DNA from: Roseomonas sp. | GTDB lineage: Bacteria > Pseudomonadota > Alphaproteobacteria > Acetobacterales > Acetobacteraceae | DNA: 64,000 nt | Direction of reading: 5' to 3' | NCBI GenBank assembly: GCA_020249775.1 | Contig: JADCFA010000019.1 | Location: 27,463-91,462 of the forward strand | Shown here: in pieces, positions 52,341-61,899 of the stretch | Layout of the letters: every line of letters starts with the position of its first letter | Position numbering within the stretch: the stretch's first letter is position 1 | Translations under genes and position numbers: made by a program | The notes under the pieces: model-generated | The model's database searches: none | Told to the model about the DNA's origin: nothing | The model's input: only the letters and a program-made list of their open reading frames with translations

Positions 52341-52343
52341 GCG

Positions 52344-53048
52344 ATGAGCAAGGAAGCAATTCTGAATGCCATTCGCCGCGGCCTGAAGCGCGGGCCGCTG
52401 CCCGCTGATCAACGCGCCATGTTGGAAGCGCGCATGATCGCGCGCCCACGGCACTTGATCCCCGCGCGGTCGCGCGTGGCGCGGCCGGACCAGATCAAGC
52501 TCTTTATCGCCAATGTGGAAAAGGAATTCGGCACCGTCACGCGTGTTGCCGATGTGAAGGAAATCCCCGGCGCGGTGGCGGAATATCTTTCGCAACAGAA
52601 CCTGGCACCACGCTTTGTCATGGCGCCGCACCCGGAATTGCAAGCGCTGCCCTGGTCTGATCGCGCCATGCTGGAGTTTGAGACGCGCCGCGCTGAGGCA
52701 AGCGATCTGGTCTCTGTCCAGCATGGTTATGCCGGCATTGCGGAAACCGGTACGCTGATGCTGCCATCCGATCCCGCGCGCCCTACTACGCTCAATCTGC
52801 TGGCGGAGACTGAAATCGTCGTGCTCCGCGCATCGCGCATTACCGGGCCATATGAGGATGCCTGGGATATGCTGCGCGCGGAACGGCAGGATGTTGTCTC
52901 TGGCGGTTTCATGCCGCGCAATGTCATGTTGGTCACCGGCCCGTCGCGCAGCGCGGATATTGAACAAACGCTTGAACTCGGCGCGCATGGGCCGCGGCGG
53001 TTGCATGTGATTGTGGTGGATGATGATCCCGCCGCGCTAGCGGGATGA
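52344..53048 (+). CDS. lutC: LutC / LUD-domain lactate-utilization protein
   Basis: It is 234 aa long, lies immediately after lutB and ends like a LUD domain (GPSRSADIEQTL). Confidence 0.78.
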   Translation: MSKEAILNAIRRGLKRGPLPADQRAMLEARMIARPRHLIPARSRVARPDQIKLFIANVEKEFGTVTRVADVKEIPGAVAEYLSQQNLAPRFVMAPHPELQALPWSDRAMLEFETRRAEASDLVSVQHGYAGIAETGTLMLPSDPARPTTLNLLAETEIVVLRASRITGPYEDAWDMLRAERQDVVSGGFMPRNVMLVTGPSRSADIEQTLELGAHGPRRLHVIVVDDDPAALAG

Positions 53049-53584
53049 GCCTTTCACGTCGCCGCGCCCGCGCGCTGAGTGCTGCGGATCGCGCCCTGTG
53101 GCAAGCCTATGTGGCGAGTGTGGAGCCCCTGCCTGGACGCGCGCTACCAGCACCCGAACCGGCTGAAACGCCGCCCGTCATAACCGCGCCGCAGACAGTT
53201 CTTCCGGTGCAGCCCACTGCACCCCAAGCCTGGCAGCCACCGCCCATTCAGGTGAATGTCACGCCTGCCGGTTTGGATGGCAAACGCTGGCGCGCCTTGC
53301 GCAAGGGCCGGATGAAACCAGAACGCACGATTGATTTGCATGGCCGCCGCGCGCAGGAAGCGCATGATGCCGTGCGTAGTTTTTTGCTGGATGCTTTCGC
53401 CGATGGGCTGCGTTGTGTCGCCGTGATCACCGGGCGCGGTTCATCGCCGGAAGGTGGCGTGCTGCGCCGTGAATTGCCGCATTGGCTGAATGCGCCGGAT
53501 ATGCGGCGCATGCTGATGGCGGCAGCGCACCCACATGCGGCGAATACCGGCGCGGTGCATCTGATGCTGCGGCGGCGCAAGTGA
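53045..53584 (+). CDS. Smr-domain (MutS2-related nuclease domain) protein
   Basis: It contains TIDLHGRRAQEAHDAVRSFLLDA...VITGRGS. The ATGA junction overlaps lutC. Confidence 0.8.
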   Translation: MSLSRRRARALSAADRALWQAYVASVEPLPGRALPAPEPAETPPVITAPQTVLPVQPTAPQAWQPPPIQVNVTPAGLDGKRWRALRKGRMKPERTIDLHGRRAQEAHDAVRSFLLDAFADGLRCVAVITGRGSSPEGGVLRRELPHWLNAPDMRRMLMAAAHPHAANTGAVHLMLRRRK

Positions 53585-53949
53585 CACCCTTCGGCGCCAG
53601 GCTGCGCGCATTGCGCGCCGAACGCGGCGTTGCGTTGAAGGACCTTGCCGCCGCCTTGCAGGTTTCCGCGGCCTATCTCTCCGCCTTGGAACATGGGCGG
53701 CGCGGCCAGCCATCCGCCGGGCTGGTGCATCAGGTCAATGAATTCTTCGGCCTGATCTGGGATGATGCGGAAGAATTGGCGCGACTTGCGCGGCAATCCA
53801 ACCCGCGCGTGGTGCTGGAAACCGGCGGTCTGACACCTGAAGCGACGGCGCTCGCCAATCGGCTGGCGCGGGATTTCCGCCGCCTGACGCCGGATACTAT
53901 TGCAACCATTGAAGCCGCCTTGGATAAATTGCCGAAGGAAAGACGTTGA
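53581..53949 (+). CDS. XRE-family helix-turn-helix protein
   Basis: It begins with FGARLRALRAERGVALKDLAAALQVSAAYLSALEHGRR. The GTG at 53581 overlaps the Smr stop (GTGA). Confidence 0.7.
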   Translation: MTPFGARLRALRAERGVALKDLAAALQVSAAYLSALEHGRRGQPSAGLVHQVNEFFGLIWDDAEELARLARQSNPRVVLETGGLTPEATALANRLARDFRRLTPDTIATIEAALDKLPKERR

Positions 53950-55088
53950 TGCCGATGCAAGCGATATCGGCGGGGCTATTGGCGGGGATTGTGGGTTTTG
54001 CCTCATCCTTCGCGGTGGTGCTGCAAGGTTTTGTGGCCATGGGCGCGAGCCCTTCCCAGGCGGCATCGGGGTTGATGGCGGTTTCCATCGCCATGGGGCT
54101 TTGCGGGATTTTGCTGTCGCTCTGGAAGCGCATGCCGATAAGCTGCGCCTGGTCCACGCCGGGGGCCGCGCTGATGGCAGCTTCCATCATGCCGGCGGGC
54201 GGTTTTGCCGAAGCGGTGGGCGCTTTCATCATCTGCGCCTTGTTGTTGATTCTGGCAGGGTTATGGAAACCCTTGGGGCGGGCGGTGGCGGCGATTCCAG
54301 CTTCACTCGCCAATGCCATGCTCGCGGGGATTTTGTTTGGCTTATGTCTGGCGCCGGTGCGCGCGGTGGCGGAAGCGCCCATCGCTGCCCTCGCCATCAT
54401 CGCTGCCTGGATCATTGCCGGGCGCTGGCACAAGCTGGCGACGGTGCCGGCGGCGGTGATTGTCGCGGGCATGATCATCGCGTTTCAGGCACCGATTCCT
54501 CAGGGCAATTGGGCGCCGAGCCCAGAATGGGTGACGCCGGTGTTTTCCGTGACCGCCATCACAGGTTTGGCGCTGCCGCTGTTTATCGTGACCATGGCAT
54601 CACAAAATATTCCAGGCATGGCGGTGCTGAGCGCAAATAATTATCGTCCCAATCCAGGCCCGCTTTTTTCTATCACCGGAATCTTCAGTCTTTTCGCCGC
54701 GCCTTTCGGTGGGCATGCGGTGAATCTGGCCGCCATTACCGCCGCGATGTGTGCCGGCGATGGCGCAGGGCCTGATCCTGTGCGGCGCTGGCCTGCGGCT
54801 GTCATGGCCGGCTTGGTCTATACGGCGTGCGGTTTGGCTGCCGGCATGGCGAGCGGGCTTGTCGCTATCGCACCACCGATCCTGATCGAAGCTGTTGCGG
54901 GGCTTGCGCTGCTTGGTTCCTTCGCGGGCGCGCTGATGGGCGCGGTGCGCGAAGACAAGGATCGTGAAGCAGCGGTGATTTGTTTTTTGATCGCGGCTTC
55001 CGGTGTGGCCTTTCTGGGTATTGGTGGCGCGTTCTGGGGTTTGCTGGCAGGTGGCGGCATGTTGGCGCTGTCGCGTTGGCGCAGTTAG
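53946..55088 (+). CDS. benE: BenE-family benzoate/H+ symporter
   Basis: It is a 380-aa polytopic membrane protein with the N-terminus ISAGLLAGIVGFASSFAVVLQG. It overlaps the HTH gene stop. Confidence 0.8.
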   Translation: MMPMQAISAGLLAGIVGFASSFAVVLQGFVAMGASPSQAASGLMAVSIAMGLCGILLSLWKRMPISCAWSTPGAALMAASIMPAGGFAEAVGAFIICALLLILAGLWKPLGRAVAAIPASLANAMLAGILFGLCLAPVRAVAEAPIAALAIIAAWIIAGRWHKLATVPAAVIVAGMIIAFQAPIPQGNWAPSPEWVTPVFSVTAITGLALPLFIVTMASQNIPGMAVLSANNYRPNPGPLFSITGIFSLFAAPFGGHAVNLAAITAAMCAGDGAGPDPVRRWPAAVMAGLVYTACGLAAGMASGLVAIAPPILIEAVAGLALLGSFAGALMGAVREDKDREAAVICFLIAASGVAFLGIGGAFWGLLAGGGMLALSRWRS

Positions 55089-55942
55089 CGCGCGGGCATT
55101 ACGCGTGCGAGAAATTCCGGCACGCGTCGCAAAGCATCTTCGCGGGCTGCGGGATGCGTCCCGATGGTGGCCGTGCCGCTGCTGGTGGCGCCAATACCGC
55201 GCAAAACGCGTTGCGGCGTATCGGGCGCGTCAAAATCATGATGCGCGCCGGGATAGATGCGCGCTTCCAAACGCGGGCCGGTGCGTGCTGCGAGTGTCGC
55301 GCAGGGTGGCGCGGGCGTCCAATCATCCGCCTCACCTACCAGCAGCAGCACGGGTGCCACGGGCTGCCAGGCTTCCCGCCTTTCTGACAGTGTGCGGCAC
55401 CCAGGGTAAAACGCGATACCAGCAGCGAAATCATGCCTCAGCCCCGCGGGGCGCGCGCGATTGTCGCGCGACAAGGTCCACAGCACCGTACCGCCACCAT
55501 TGGACCAGCCCATCAGCGCAATACGATCCGCCCGCACATCTGCGCGCGCTTGCAGAAAAAGCAGCCCGGCATAGGCATCACGCGCGCGTTCCACACTCAT
55601 GCGCACGCGCCTATCATTCCCCTTTCCGCAAAGGCTGCCTTCATTGCGCGGCGTCAGGCTATCCACTTGCAACACCAGATAGCCAAGCTGCGAGAGGCGC
55701 CGCGCCCAATCCGCGTCCCGCGCGAGGGGCTGGCCCGTGCGCGTATTCATACCCGCACAGCCATGCATCAGCACAAGCGCCGCATGCGGCCCGCGCCCTA
55801 TTGGTTGCCAGAGTACTGCGTTCAGCGTGGCTGGGCCATTGGCAGCCTGTTCCGCAGGATGCGCAGGAATGGCGATTGCTTGGGGCTACGCCATGGCTGG
55901 CATAGCCAAAAGCGGCAGCAGCAGGAATATCAGGCACAGCAT
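55085..55942 (-). pseudogene. secreted dienelactone-hydrolase-like alpha/beta hydrolase interrupted by an in-frame TAG at 55886..55888
   Basis: The signal peptide MLCLIFLLLPLLAMPAMA (55889..55942) lies in the same frame as PQAIAIPAHPAEQAANGPATLNAVLWQPIGRGPHAALVLMHGCAG... Between the TAG and the GTG at 55774 there is no ATG, GTG or TTG. Yet that stretch already reads like the conserved pre-HG strand. Confidence 0.6.
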
Positions 55943-56062
55943 TGCACCATGAAAAAGCAGCCAAGCCACGACAGTCAATATGAAATTTTGACGAAGACCA
56001 ATGCAAGATGAAAGGATGCGTTTTGAACCAGCCCTTGCCGCCATGTCATCAGGATCAGCAAC

Positions 56063-57067
56063 ATGAAACTCCGTGTTTTTCTCTCGCATACACCAGAAAT
56101 GTTCGAAGGCTATTACGGCCCGCGCGCCCTTGCGGCCTTGGCTGAATATGCCGAGGTTATTCGCAACCCTGGGGCAAGCGTGCTTTCTGGCGCAGCCTTG
56201 GCGGAAGCGGCGCGTGGCTGCCATGCCATTGTCGCAGATCGCGCAACACCGGGGCTTCCCGAAACCTTCGCTGCGACGCCTGAACTTTTGGCATTTCTGC
56301 GCGTGGCGGTGGATATCTCCACCATCAATGTGCCTGCCGCCAGTGCTGCGGGCGTCTTGGTAACGCGTGCGACACCTGGCTTTGTGGATGCGGTGGTGGA
56401 ATTGGCGCTTGGCTTCATGGTGGATTTGGCGCGTGATGTCAGCACCATGGCCGGTACCTATCGCAAAGGCGGCTTGCCGCAAGGGCATATGGGGTTGCAG
56501 CTTTCGGCGGCACGGCTTTGTATTATTGGCTATGGCCGTATTGGGCAGCGTTTGGCGGAAGTGGCTTTGGCGCTTGGCATGCAGGTCGCGGTCTTTGATC
56601 CCGTCGCCAAGGTTGCTGATCCCCGCCTGAGGCAAGCGGGTTTCACGGAAGTACTCGCGACTTCTGACATTGTTGTCTGCCTTGCCATTTCCGATCCATC
56701 AACGAGGCATTTGTTCAACGCGGCCGCTTTTGCCGCCATGAAGCCCGGTGCGCGCTTCATCAACCTCGCGCGCGGCGAATTGGTGGATGAAGCGGCATTG
56801 ATGGCAGCACTCGATTCCAAGCACCTCACCGGCGCTGCCATAGATGTCGGCAGCGCGCCGGATCAAAGACCGAACCCGGCGCTGGCCGCGCGCGCTGATG
56901 TAATCGCCACACCCCATATTGGCGGCATGACGCCAGAAGCGATGGAACATCAGGCCATGGATACGGTGCGCCAAATCGCTGCCCTTGCAAGCGGGGAAAT
57001 GCCCGAAGGCGCCGTGAATGCCGATGCCGCCTTCAGAGTCAGGGAGTATCTGGCGCGCGGTCGCTGA
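56063..57067 (+). CDS. D-isomer-specific 2-hydroxyacid dehydrogenase family protein
   Basis: It has the NAD-binding motif CIIGYGRIGQRLA and the late PHIGG motif. Confidence 0.8.
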   Translation: MKLRVFLSHTPEMFEGYYGPRALAALAEYAEVIRNPGASVLSGAALAEAARGCHAIVADRATPGLPETFAATPELLAFLRVAVDISTINVPAASAAGVLVTRATPGFVDAVVELALGFMVDLARDVSTMAGTYRKGGLPQGHMGLQLSAARLCIIGYGRIGQRLAEVALALGMQVAVFDPVAKVADPRLRQAGFTEVLATSDIVVCLAISDPSTRHLFNAAAFAAMKPGARFINLARGELVDEAALMAALDSKHLTGAAIDVGSAPDQRPNPALAARADVIATPHIGGMTPEAMEHQAMDTVRQIAALASGEMPEGAVNADAAFRVREYLARGR

Positions 57068-57073
57068 TAGGCT

Positions 57074-58279
57074 TCAGCCCTGCACCGGCTTGCGCAGTGC
57101 CCAAAATACGCAGGCGCCGGTTGCATAGGCGGCAATGGAAAGCATGAAGCCAAGCTGGTAGCTGCCCGTCAGGTCAAACAGGAAGCCCGCGCCCCAGGCG
57201 CCAAGCCCAGCACCCAGGCCAGAGCCAATGGTGATCAGACCAAGAATAGTGCCAAGCCTGGGGCCGCCGAAAAGATCCGCGGTCTTCGCGGTTATCGCAG
57301 GCCCACGCGCGCCCCAGGTAATGCCAAAGCAGCACGCATGCACCCAGAACAGCAGATGTTGATCAGCGCCATCAATCAGCAATGCGGCAGCAACACCGAT
57401 GATGGAAATCACATAGGCGAGAATCGCGGCCCCTTCGCGCCCGATATAATCTGAAATTGTCCCAGTAAGGATAACACCTGGCAGTGCAAGCAAACTCCCG
57501 AGTCCAAGTACAAAGGCGGCATAAAGCGGATCGAAACCGCGATCCACCGCGAAGGCCAATTGATGCAAGGAAACAAGAAAACTGCCGATGCTGGTCAGGC
57601 CATAGACTATAAGCAGCAACCAGAAATGCCGCGTGCGAATAGCTTCCGCCACTGACCAATCACGCTCGGGTGCGCTATCCGTATTGCGTTTGGCAATTTG
57701 TGTTTGCTCCGCGCCACGAAACAGCGCAGCTAGCGGCAAAACCAGCAGCGCCATTACCCCCGCTTGCAGCAGATAGGCGTGGCGCCAGCCCATATCACTC
57801 ACCATAAGCTGCGCGATCGGCACGGAAATCGCGCGGCCAAAACCATTTGCCGATTGCAGCATGGACATGGCCATGCCGCGCCGCGCGATGAAAAGGCGTG
57901 AGATCAACGGCGCGAATACCACCATGCTGATGCAATTGGCGCCAAGCGTCATCACCACGCCATACAGCAGCACAACCTGCCAAAGGGATGTCGCGAAGGC
58001 GCTGCCAAGCAGGCCAAGCGCAAGCAGGCAACCGCCCAGCAGCACCATGCGTCGCGCGCCAAGCCTATCCACCATGCCGCCCACCAGCGGCGAAGAAACG
58101 CCGCCCACCACCTGCCCGACCGAATAGGCGATGGAACTTTCACCGCGGCTCCAGCGAAACTCTGCAATGAATGCAAGCAGAAACACGCTATAGGCATGCA
58201 TCAGGCTGGCGCTGATGGTGAAGGCCAGAAAGCCGCCGGCCAGAATGAACCAGGCGCGGCGGGAAGGGGCTTCCTTCAT
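57074..58279 (-). CDS. MFS transporter
   Basis: It has about 12 TM segments and contains GGMVDRLGARRM. The start was chosen at the ATG at 58279 (MKEAPSRRAWF). Confidence 0.8.
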   Translation of the reverse strand: MKEAPSRRAWFILAGGFLAFTISASLMHAYSVFLLAFIAEFRWSRGESSIAYSVGQVVGGVSSPLVGGMVDRLGARRMVLLGGCLLALGLLGSAFATSLWQVVLLYGVVMTLGANCISMVVFAPLISRLFIARRGMAMSMLQSANGFGRAISVPIAQLMVSDMGWRHAYLLQAGVMALLVLPLAALFRGAEQTQIAKRNTDSAPERDWSVAEAIRTRHFWLLLIVYGLTSIGSFLVSLHQLAFAVDRGFDPLYAAFVLGLGSLLALPGVILTGTISDYIGREGAAILAYVISIIGVAAALLIDGADQHLLFWVHACCFGITWGARGPAITAKTADLFGGPRLGTILGLITIGSGLGAGLGAWGAGFLFDLTGSYQLGFMLSIAAYATGACVFWALRKPVQG

Positions 58280-58447
58280 GCCCGGTCCTTCCCTGGCAAA
58301 GCGCCCTTGTGCTGCACCCGATACTGCCTCCGGCCTCATGTTGCCAAAGCCGCAGCATGGCGCCGGCGCATGCCATGCGCAATCCCGCCCCTTGGCGGCA
58401 GGCGTCTGCCGGTTCATGCTGCGTCCGAAAGCGCATTCGGAGGAAAC

Positions 58448-59413
58448 ATGAAGCCGCGTATTGTTGTTGTCACCCAATCCATGGTGGATGAGGCAGTGAT
58501 CCAGGAAATGGCGCCGGATGGTTTTGATCTGCGTATCGCCAAACCCGGCGGTGCCGATTGGAAGGAGGCGATGGGTGGGGCCGAATATCTGGTCGGCTTC
58601 GTTGATATGCTGGTGAAGGATGAACTTTACGCCATCGCCCCCAAGCTGAAGCTGATTCAGGTATTAAGCGCGGGTTATGACCGCGCGGATATCGCTGCCG
58701 CGCGGCGCGGTGGCGTGCCCTTTGCCAATAATGGTGGCGCGAATTCAACGGCTGTTTCTGAACATGCAGTGCTGCTGATGTTGGCAGTTTCACGCCAATT
58801 GATTCGCCAGCACGCAAATGTCGCCGCGGGCCGTTGGCGCGGCAATCAAACGCCGAAGCTTTATGAATTGCGTGGGCGCACGCTTGGCATTGTGGGCCTT
58901 GGCACCATCGGCAAGAAGACCGCGCGGCTTGCGCAGGCTTTCGGCATGACAGTGCATTACTATGATATCGCCAGGCTGCGCGAAGAAACCGAAGATGCGC
59001 TGAATGTGCGCTTCAGATTATATCGGGAATTGCTGCGGACATCTGATATCGTCTCGCTCCATGTGCCGCTTAATGCCAGCACCAAGGGGTTGTTGGGTGA
59101 AGCGGAATTGGCGCTGATGAAGCCCACCGCCTTCCTGATCAATACCAGCCGCGGGCCAGTGGTGGATGAAGCGGCGCTTTACCGCGCGCTGTCATCGGGG
59201 CAGATCGCTGGTGCTGGGCTTGATGTGTTTGATCAGGAACCGCCGCCGCCGGATAATCCGCTCTTCAACCTGGATAATGTGGTGCTGACCGCGCATATGG
59301 CCGGCCCCACGCAGGACAGCAATGTCGCCCGCCTGCGCAATGCTTTTGACAATGTGCAGCGCGTCGCACGCGGTGAGGCACCGCTTTGGGTCATTCCGGA
59401 ATTGAACGAATAG
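58448..59413 (+). CDS. D-isomer-specific 2-hydroxyacid dehydrogenase family protein (second paralog)
   Basis: It contains GIVGLGTIGKKTA and TAHMAG. The ATG at 58448 is preceded by GGAGGAAAC. Confidence 0.8.
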   Translation: MKPRIVVVTQSMVDEAVIQEMAPDGFDLRIAKPGGADWKEAMGGAEYLVGFVDMLVKDELYAIAPKLKLIQVLSAGYDRADIAAARRGGVPFANNGGANSTAVSEHAVLLMLAVSRQLIRQHANVAAGRWRGNQTPKLYELRGRTLGIVGLGTIGKKTARLAQAFGMTVHYYDIARLREETEDALNVRFRLYRELLRTSDIVSLHVPLNASTKGLLGEAELALMKPTAFLINTSRGPVVDEAALYRALSSGQIAGAGLDVFDQEPPPPDNPLFNLDNVVLTAHMAGPTQDSNVARLRNAFDNVQRVARGEAPLWVIPELNE

Positions 59414-59424
59414 GAAAGCCGATC

Positions 59425-60180
59425 ATGTCATCTGAAACCATCACGCGCGCGATTGAAAAACTGGTCGCAGTCCATAAGGGCGGTGCGCCGATTACCAATC
59501 TCGGCGATACCGCACCAAGCAATGAGGCCGATATCTTCGCCATCCAACGCGGTGTGCTGAAGGCGCTTGGTGGCGCCATTGGCGGTTGGAAATGCGCGAC
59601 CCCGCCTGGCAAGCCCACCAATTTCGGTATCATGGCCGCAGCTGGCGCACGCCAATCGGCCGGGCGTTGGGGTGTTGCGAATACACGGCCTATTGGTCTT
59701 GAAACCGAGGTTGCTTTTCGTCTGAAGCGTGATCTGCCGCCGCGCAGCCACGCCTATAGCCGCGAAGAAGTGCTGGATGCGGTGGACGCTGCCTTCCCGC
59801 TGCTGGAATTGGTGCAATCGCGCTATGCTGATCACAAGCTGGTGTCACCTGCTGAAGGCATGGCAGATAACATCGCGCATCTTGGCTATGTGGTGGGCGC
59901 TGATGTCGCGGATTGGCGGCGTTTTGACCTGCCCAATCTTGCCGTGCGGCAATCCTATGCCGGCGCGGTGCAGGTGGACCAGAAGGGAGGCAATCCCTCC
60001 GGCGATCCGGTGCTGCCTTTGGTTTGGCTCGCCAATCATTTGCATGGGCTTGGTGAGCATTTGCGCGCCGGTCAGGTCGTGACGACTGGCACCTATACCG
60101 GCTGCATTTTTGTCCCACCCGGTCAGCGCGTGCAGGCCGGTTTTGCGGGATTTGGCGAAATCACTTTCGATCTCACCTAA
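59425..60180 (+). CDS. 2-keto-4-pentenoate hydratase-like (FAH-fold hydratase/decarboxylase) protein
   Basis: It is about 251 aa and contains IGGWKCA and TTGTYTG. The family call is moderate. Confidence 0.6.
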   Translation: MSSETITRAIEKLVAVHKGGAPITNLGDTAPSNEADIFAIQRGVLKALGGAIGGWKCATPPGKPTNFGIMAAAGARQSAGRWGVANTRPIGLETEVAFRLKRDLPPRSHAYSREEVLDAVDAAFPLLELVQSRYADHKLVSPAEGMADNIAHLGYVVGADVADWRRFDLPNLAVRQSYAGAVQVDQKGGNPSGDPVLPLVWLANHLHGLGEHLRAGQVVTTGTYTGCIFVPPGQRVQAGFAGFGEITFDLT

Positions 60181-60188
60181 CCCAATCG

Positions 60189-61238
60189 CTATAATCCAAG
60201 CTTGCCGGCCACGCCCAATTCGCCGGCAAGCTTGGTCAATACTTCAATCGTCTTGTCTTCAATCTCAATGCCATTGGCGCGGCGATCAGCCTCACGCATT
60301 GCTTCCAGCTCACCGGGGTAGAAGACGCCTGGGCTGCCTTCGGCGGGCGGCGTATCCTTCAGATAGCGCGCGAAATCCGCAACTTCCTGTTTGAATTGCG
60401 CCAGCGGGCGGAAGGCATCCACCTTGAACACCGCCATGAAGCAACCGTCATTATGCCTGCCCGTGGGTTCCACGCCAAAGCCAAGCCCGGTCAGCAACCC
60501 GCAGAGAATTTCCACCATCGCGGCCAGGCCAAAACCCTTATAGCCTTCCGTGCCTCCCAAAGGCAGCAGCGCACCGCCCTTCTTCAATTGCGCAGGATCG
60601 CGCGTGGGCTTGCCATCCGCGCCAATCACCCAACCATCCGGGACTTCCTGCCCGCGCGCTTGTGCCAGAAACACCTTACCCGCAGCGGCGGCCGAGGTTG
60701 CCATATCCAGCACAAAAGGCCCGGCCAAATCGGATGGCACCGCAATGGAAATCGGGTTGGTGCCAAGCCGTGCTTCGCGCCCGCCGAAAGGTGCTACCGC
60801 CTTGGGTGAGCGCCCGGAATCCGCCGTGCAAATGCCAATCATGCCGGCTTCGGCGGCCATCAGCGGATAGCTTGCCAAGCGGCCAATATGCCCCTGCCGA
60901 AACACGGTTGCGGCAGCAACATTGGATGTTTGCGCTTTTTCGATGGTGTAGCGCATGGCCTTTTCATTGGCGACATAACCAAAACCCCAATGCCCATCAA
61001 TCACCGATGTGGTGGCGCTTTCCTGCACAATCTTCCACGGCGCACCGGGCACAATATGCCCCACCTTGATCCTTTCGATATAGCCCGGGATCATGATGAT
61101 GCCATGCGAATCATGGCCCACCAGATTGGCGCTGGTGCAATGCCGCGCGACGGTTTCCGCCTCATCTGCCGGCGCGCCGGCTGCGATCAGAAGTGTGCGG
61201 CCAATTTCCTTGACGCGATCAGCGCTGAGTTTTGGCAT
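60189..61238 (-). CDS. Ldh_2-family (malate/L-lactate/sulfolactate dehydrogenase type 2) oxidoreductase
   Basis: It contains NLVGHDSHGIIMIPGYIERIKVG and is 349 aa long. Confidence 0.8.
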   Translation of the reverse strand: MPKLSADRVKEIGRTLLIAAGAPADEAETVARHCTSANLVGHDSHGIIMIPGYIERIKVGHIVPGAPWKIVQESATTSVIDGHWGFGYVANEKAMRYTIEKAQTSNVAAATVFRQGHIGRLASYPLMAAEAGMIGICTADSGRSPKAVAPFGGREARLGTNPISIAVPSDLAGPFVLDMATSAAAAGKVFLAQARGQEVPDGWVIGADGKPTRDPAQLKKGGALLPLGGTEGYKGFGLAAMVEILCGLLTGLGFGVEPTGRHNDGCFMAVFKVDAFRPLAQFKQEVADFARYLKDTPPAEGSPGVFYPGELEAMREADRRANGIEIEDKTIEVLTKLAGELGVAGKLGL

Positions 61239-61385
61239 TTTATTCCCCTATTCCATCGCGCAGCCCGCGCTTGTTCAGCAAGGCTAAGCCTGCCCGCGCC
61301 CATTCGGCAAGCCGGCAGCGTAAGGCTTGAAAGCGCCGCCGCTTCGGATCAGGCTGTCCGCACCGAAGTTGAAAGGAAATGCGCC

Positions 61386-61844
61386 ATGACCGATCTACCA
61401 AAAGCCGATGCCGCAACGCGCGCCTGGTTTGATGCCTGGCTTGAACGCTTCGCCGGTTTTGTGCGTGACGTTGATTACGCTTCTGCGCGCCCACTTTTTC
61501 ATCCCGATGTGCTGGCTTTTGGCACGCATCGCGATGTGATCCCAGGGCTCGCTGCCTGGCAGGCGACGCAATGGGATAATGTCTGGCCAAAGACCGAGGA
61601 TTTTCGTTTCACCCTTGCGCAAACCCATGTGCTGGCCTCAGAAGATAAATCCATGGTGGTTGTCGTCGCACCCTGGACCAGCACTGGCTTTCACCCGGAT
61701 GGGACGCGCTTTGAAAGGCCAGGGCGTGCCACCATGATTTTCCATGGCAAGCCTGATGCGTGGTTCTGTGTGCATTCGCATATGTCGCTCAATCGCGGGG
61801 TGCCGCAATCAAGCCACGCGAATCGTCCCGTGAAAGCGCCCTAA
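61386..61844 (+). CDS. SnoaL/NTF2-like fold protein
   Basis: It is 152 aa from the ATG at 61386. Its N-terminus WFDAWLERFAGFV resembles this fold. The functional call is weak. Confidence 0.55.
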   Translation: MTDLPKADAATRAWFDAWLERFAGFVRDVDYASARPLFHPDVLAFGTHRDVIPGLAAWQATQWDNVWPKTEDFRFTLAQTHVLASEDKSMVVVVAPWTSTGFHPDGTRFERPGRATMIFHGKPDAWFCVHSHMSLNRGVPQSSHANRPVKAP

Positions 61845-61899
61845 ATTTGCCCCTTTGGGAACGCAAACACCTTCTGTCGCACTTGCCGGAGCAAACCCG

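Noticed and set aside
55886-56635. 249-aa minus-strand ORF
   Set aside because: Most of it is antisense to the 2-hydroxyacid dehydrogenase gene at 56063..57067. Only its last 18 codons (the signal peptide MLCLIFLLLPLLAMPAMA) look real, and I assign them to the interrupted hydrolase gene.
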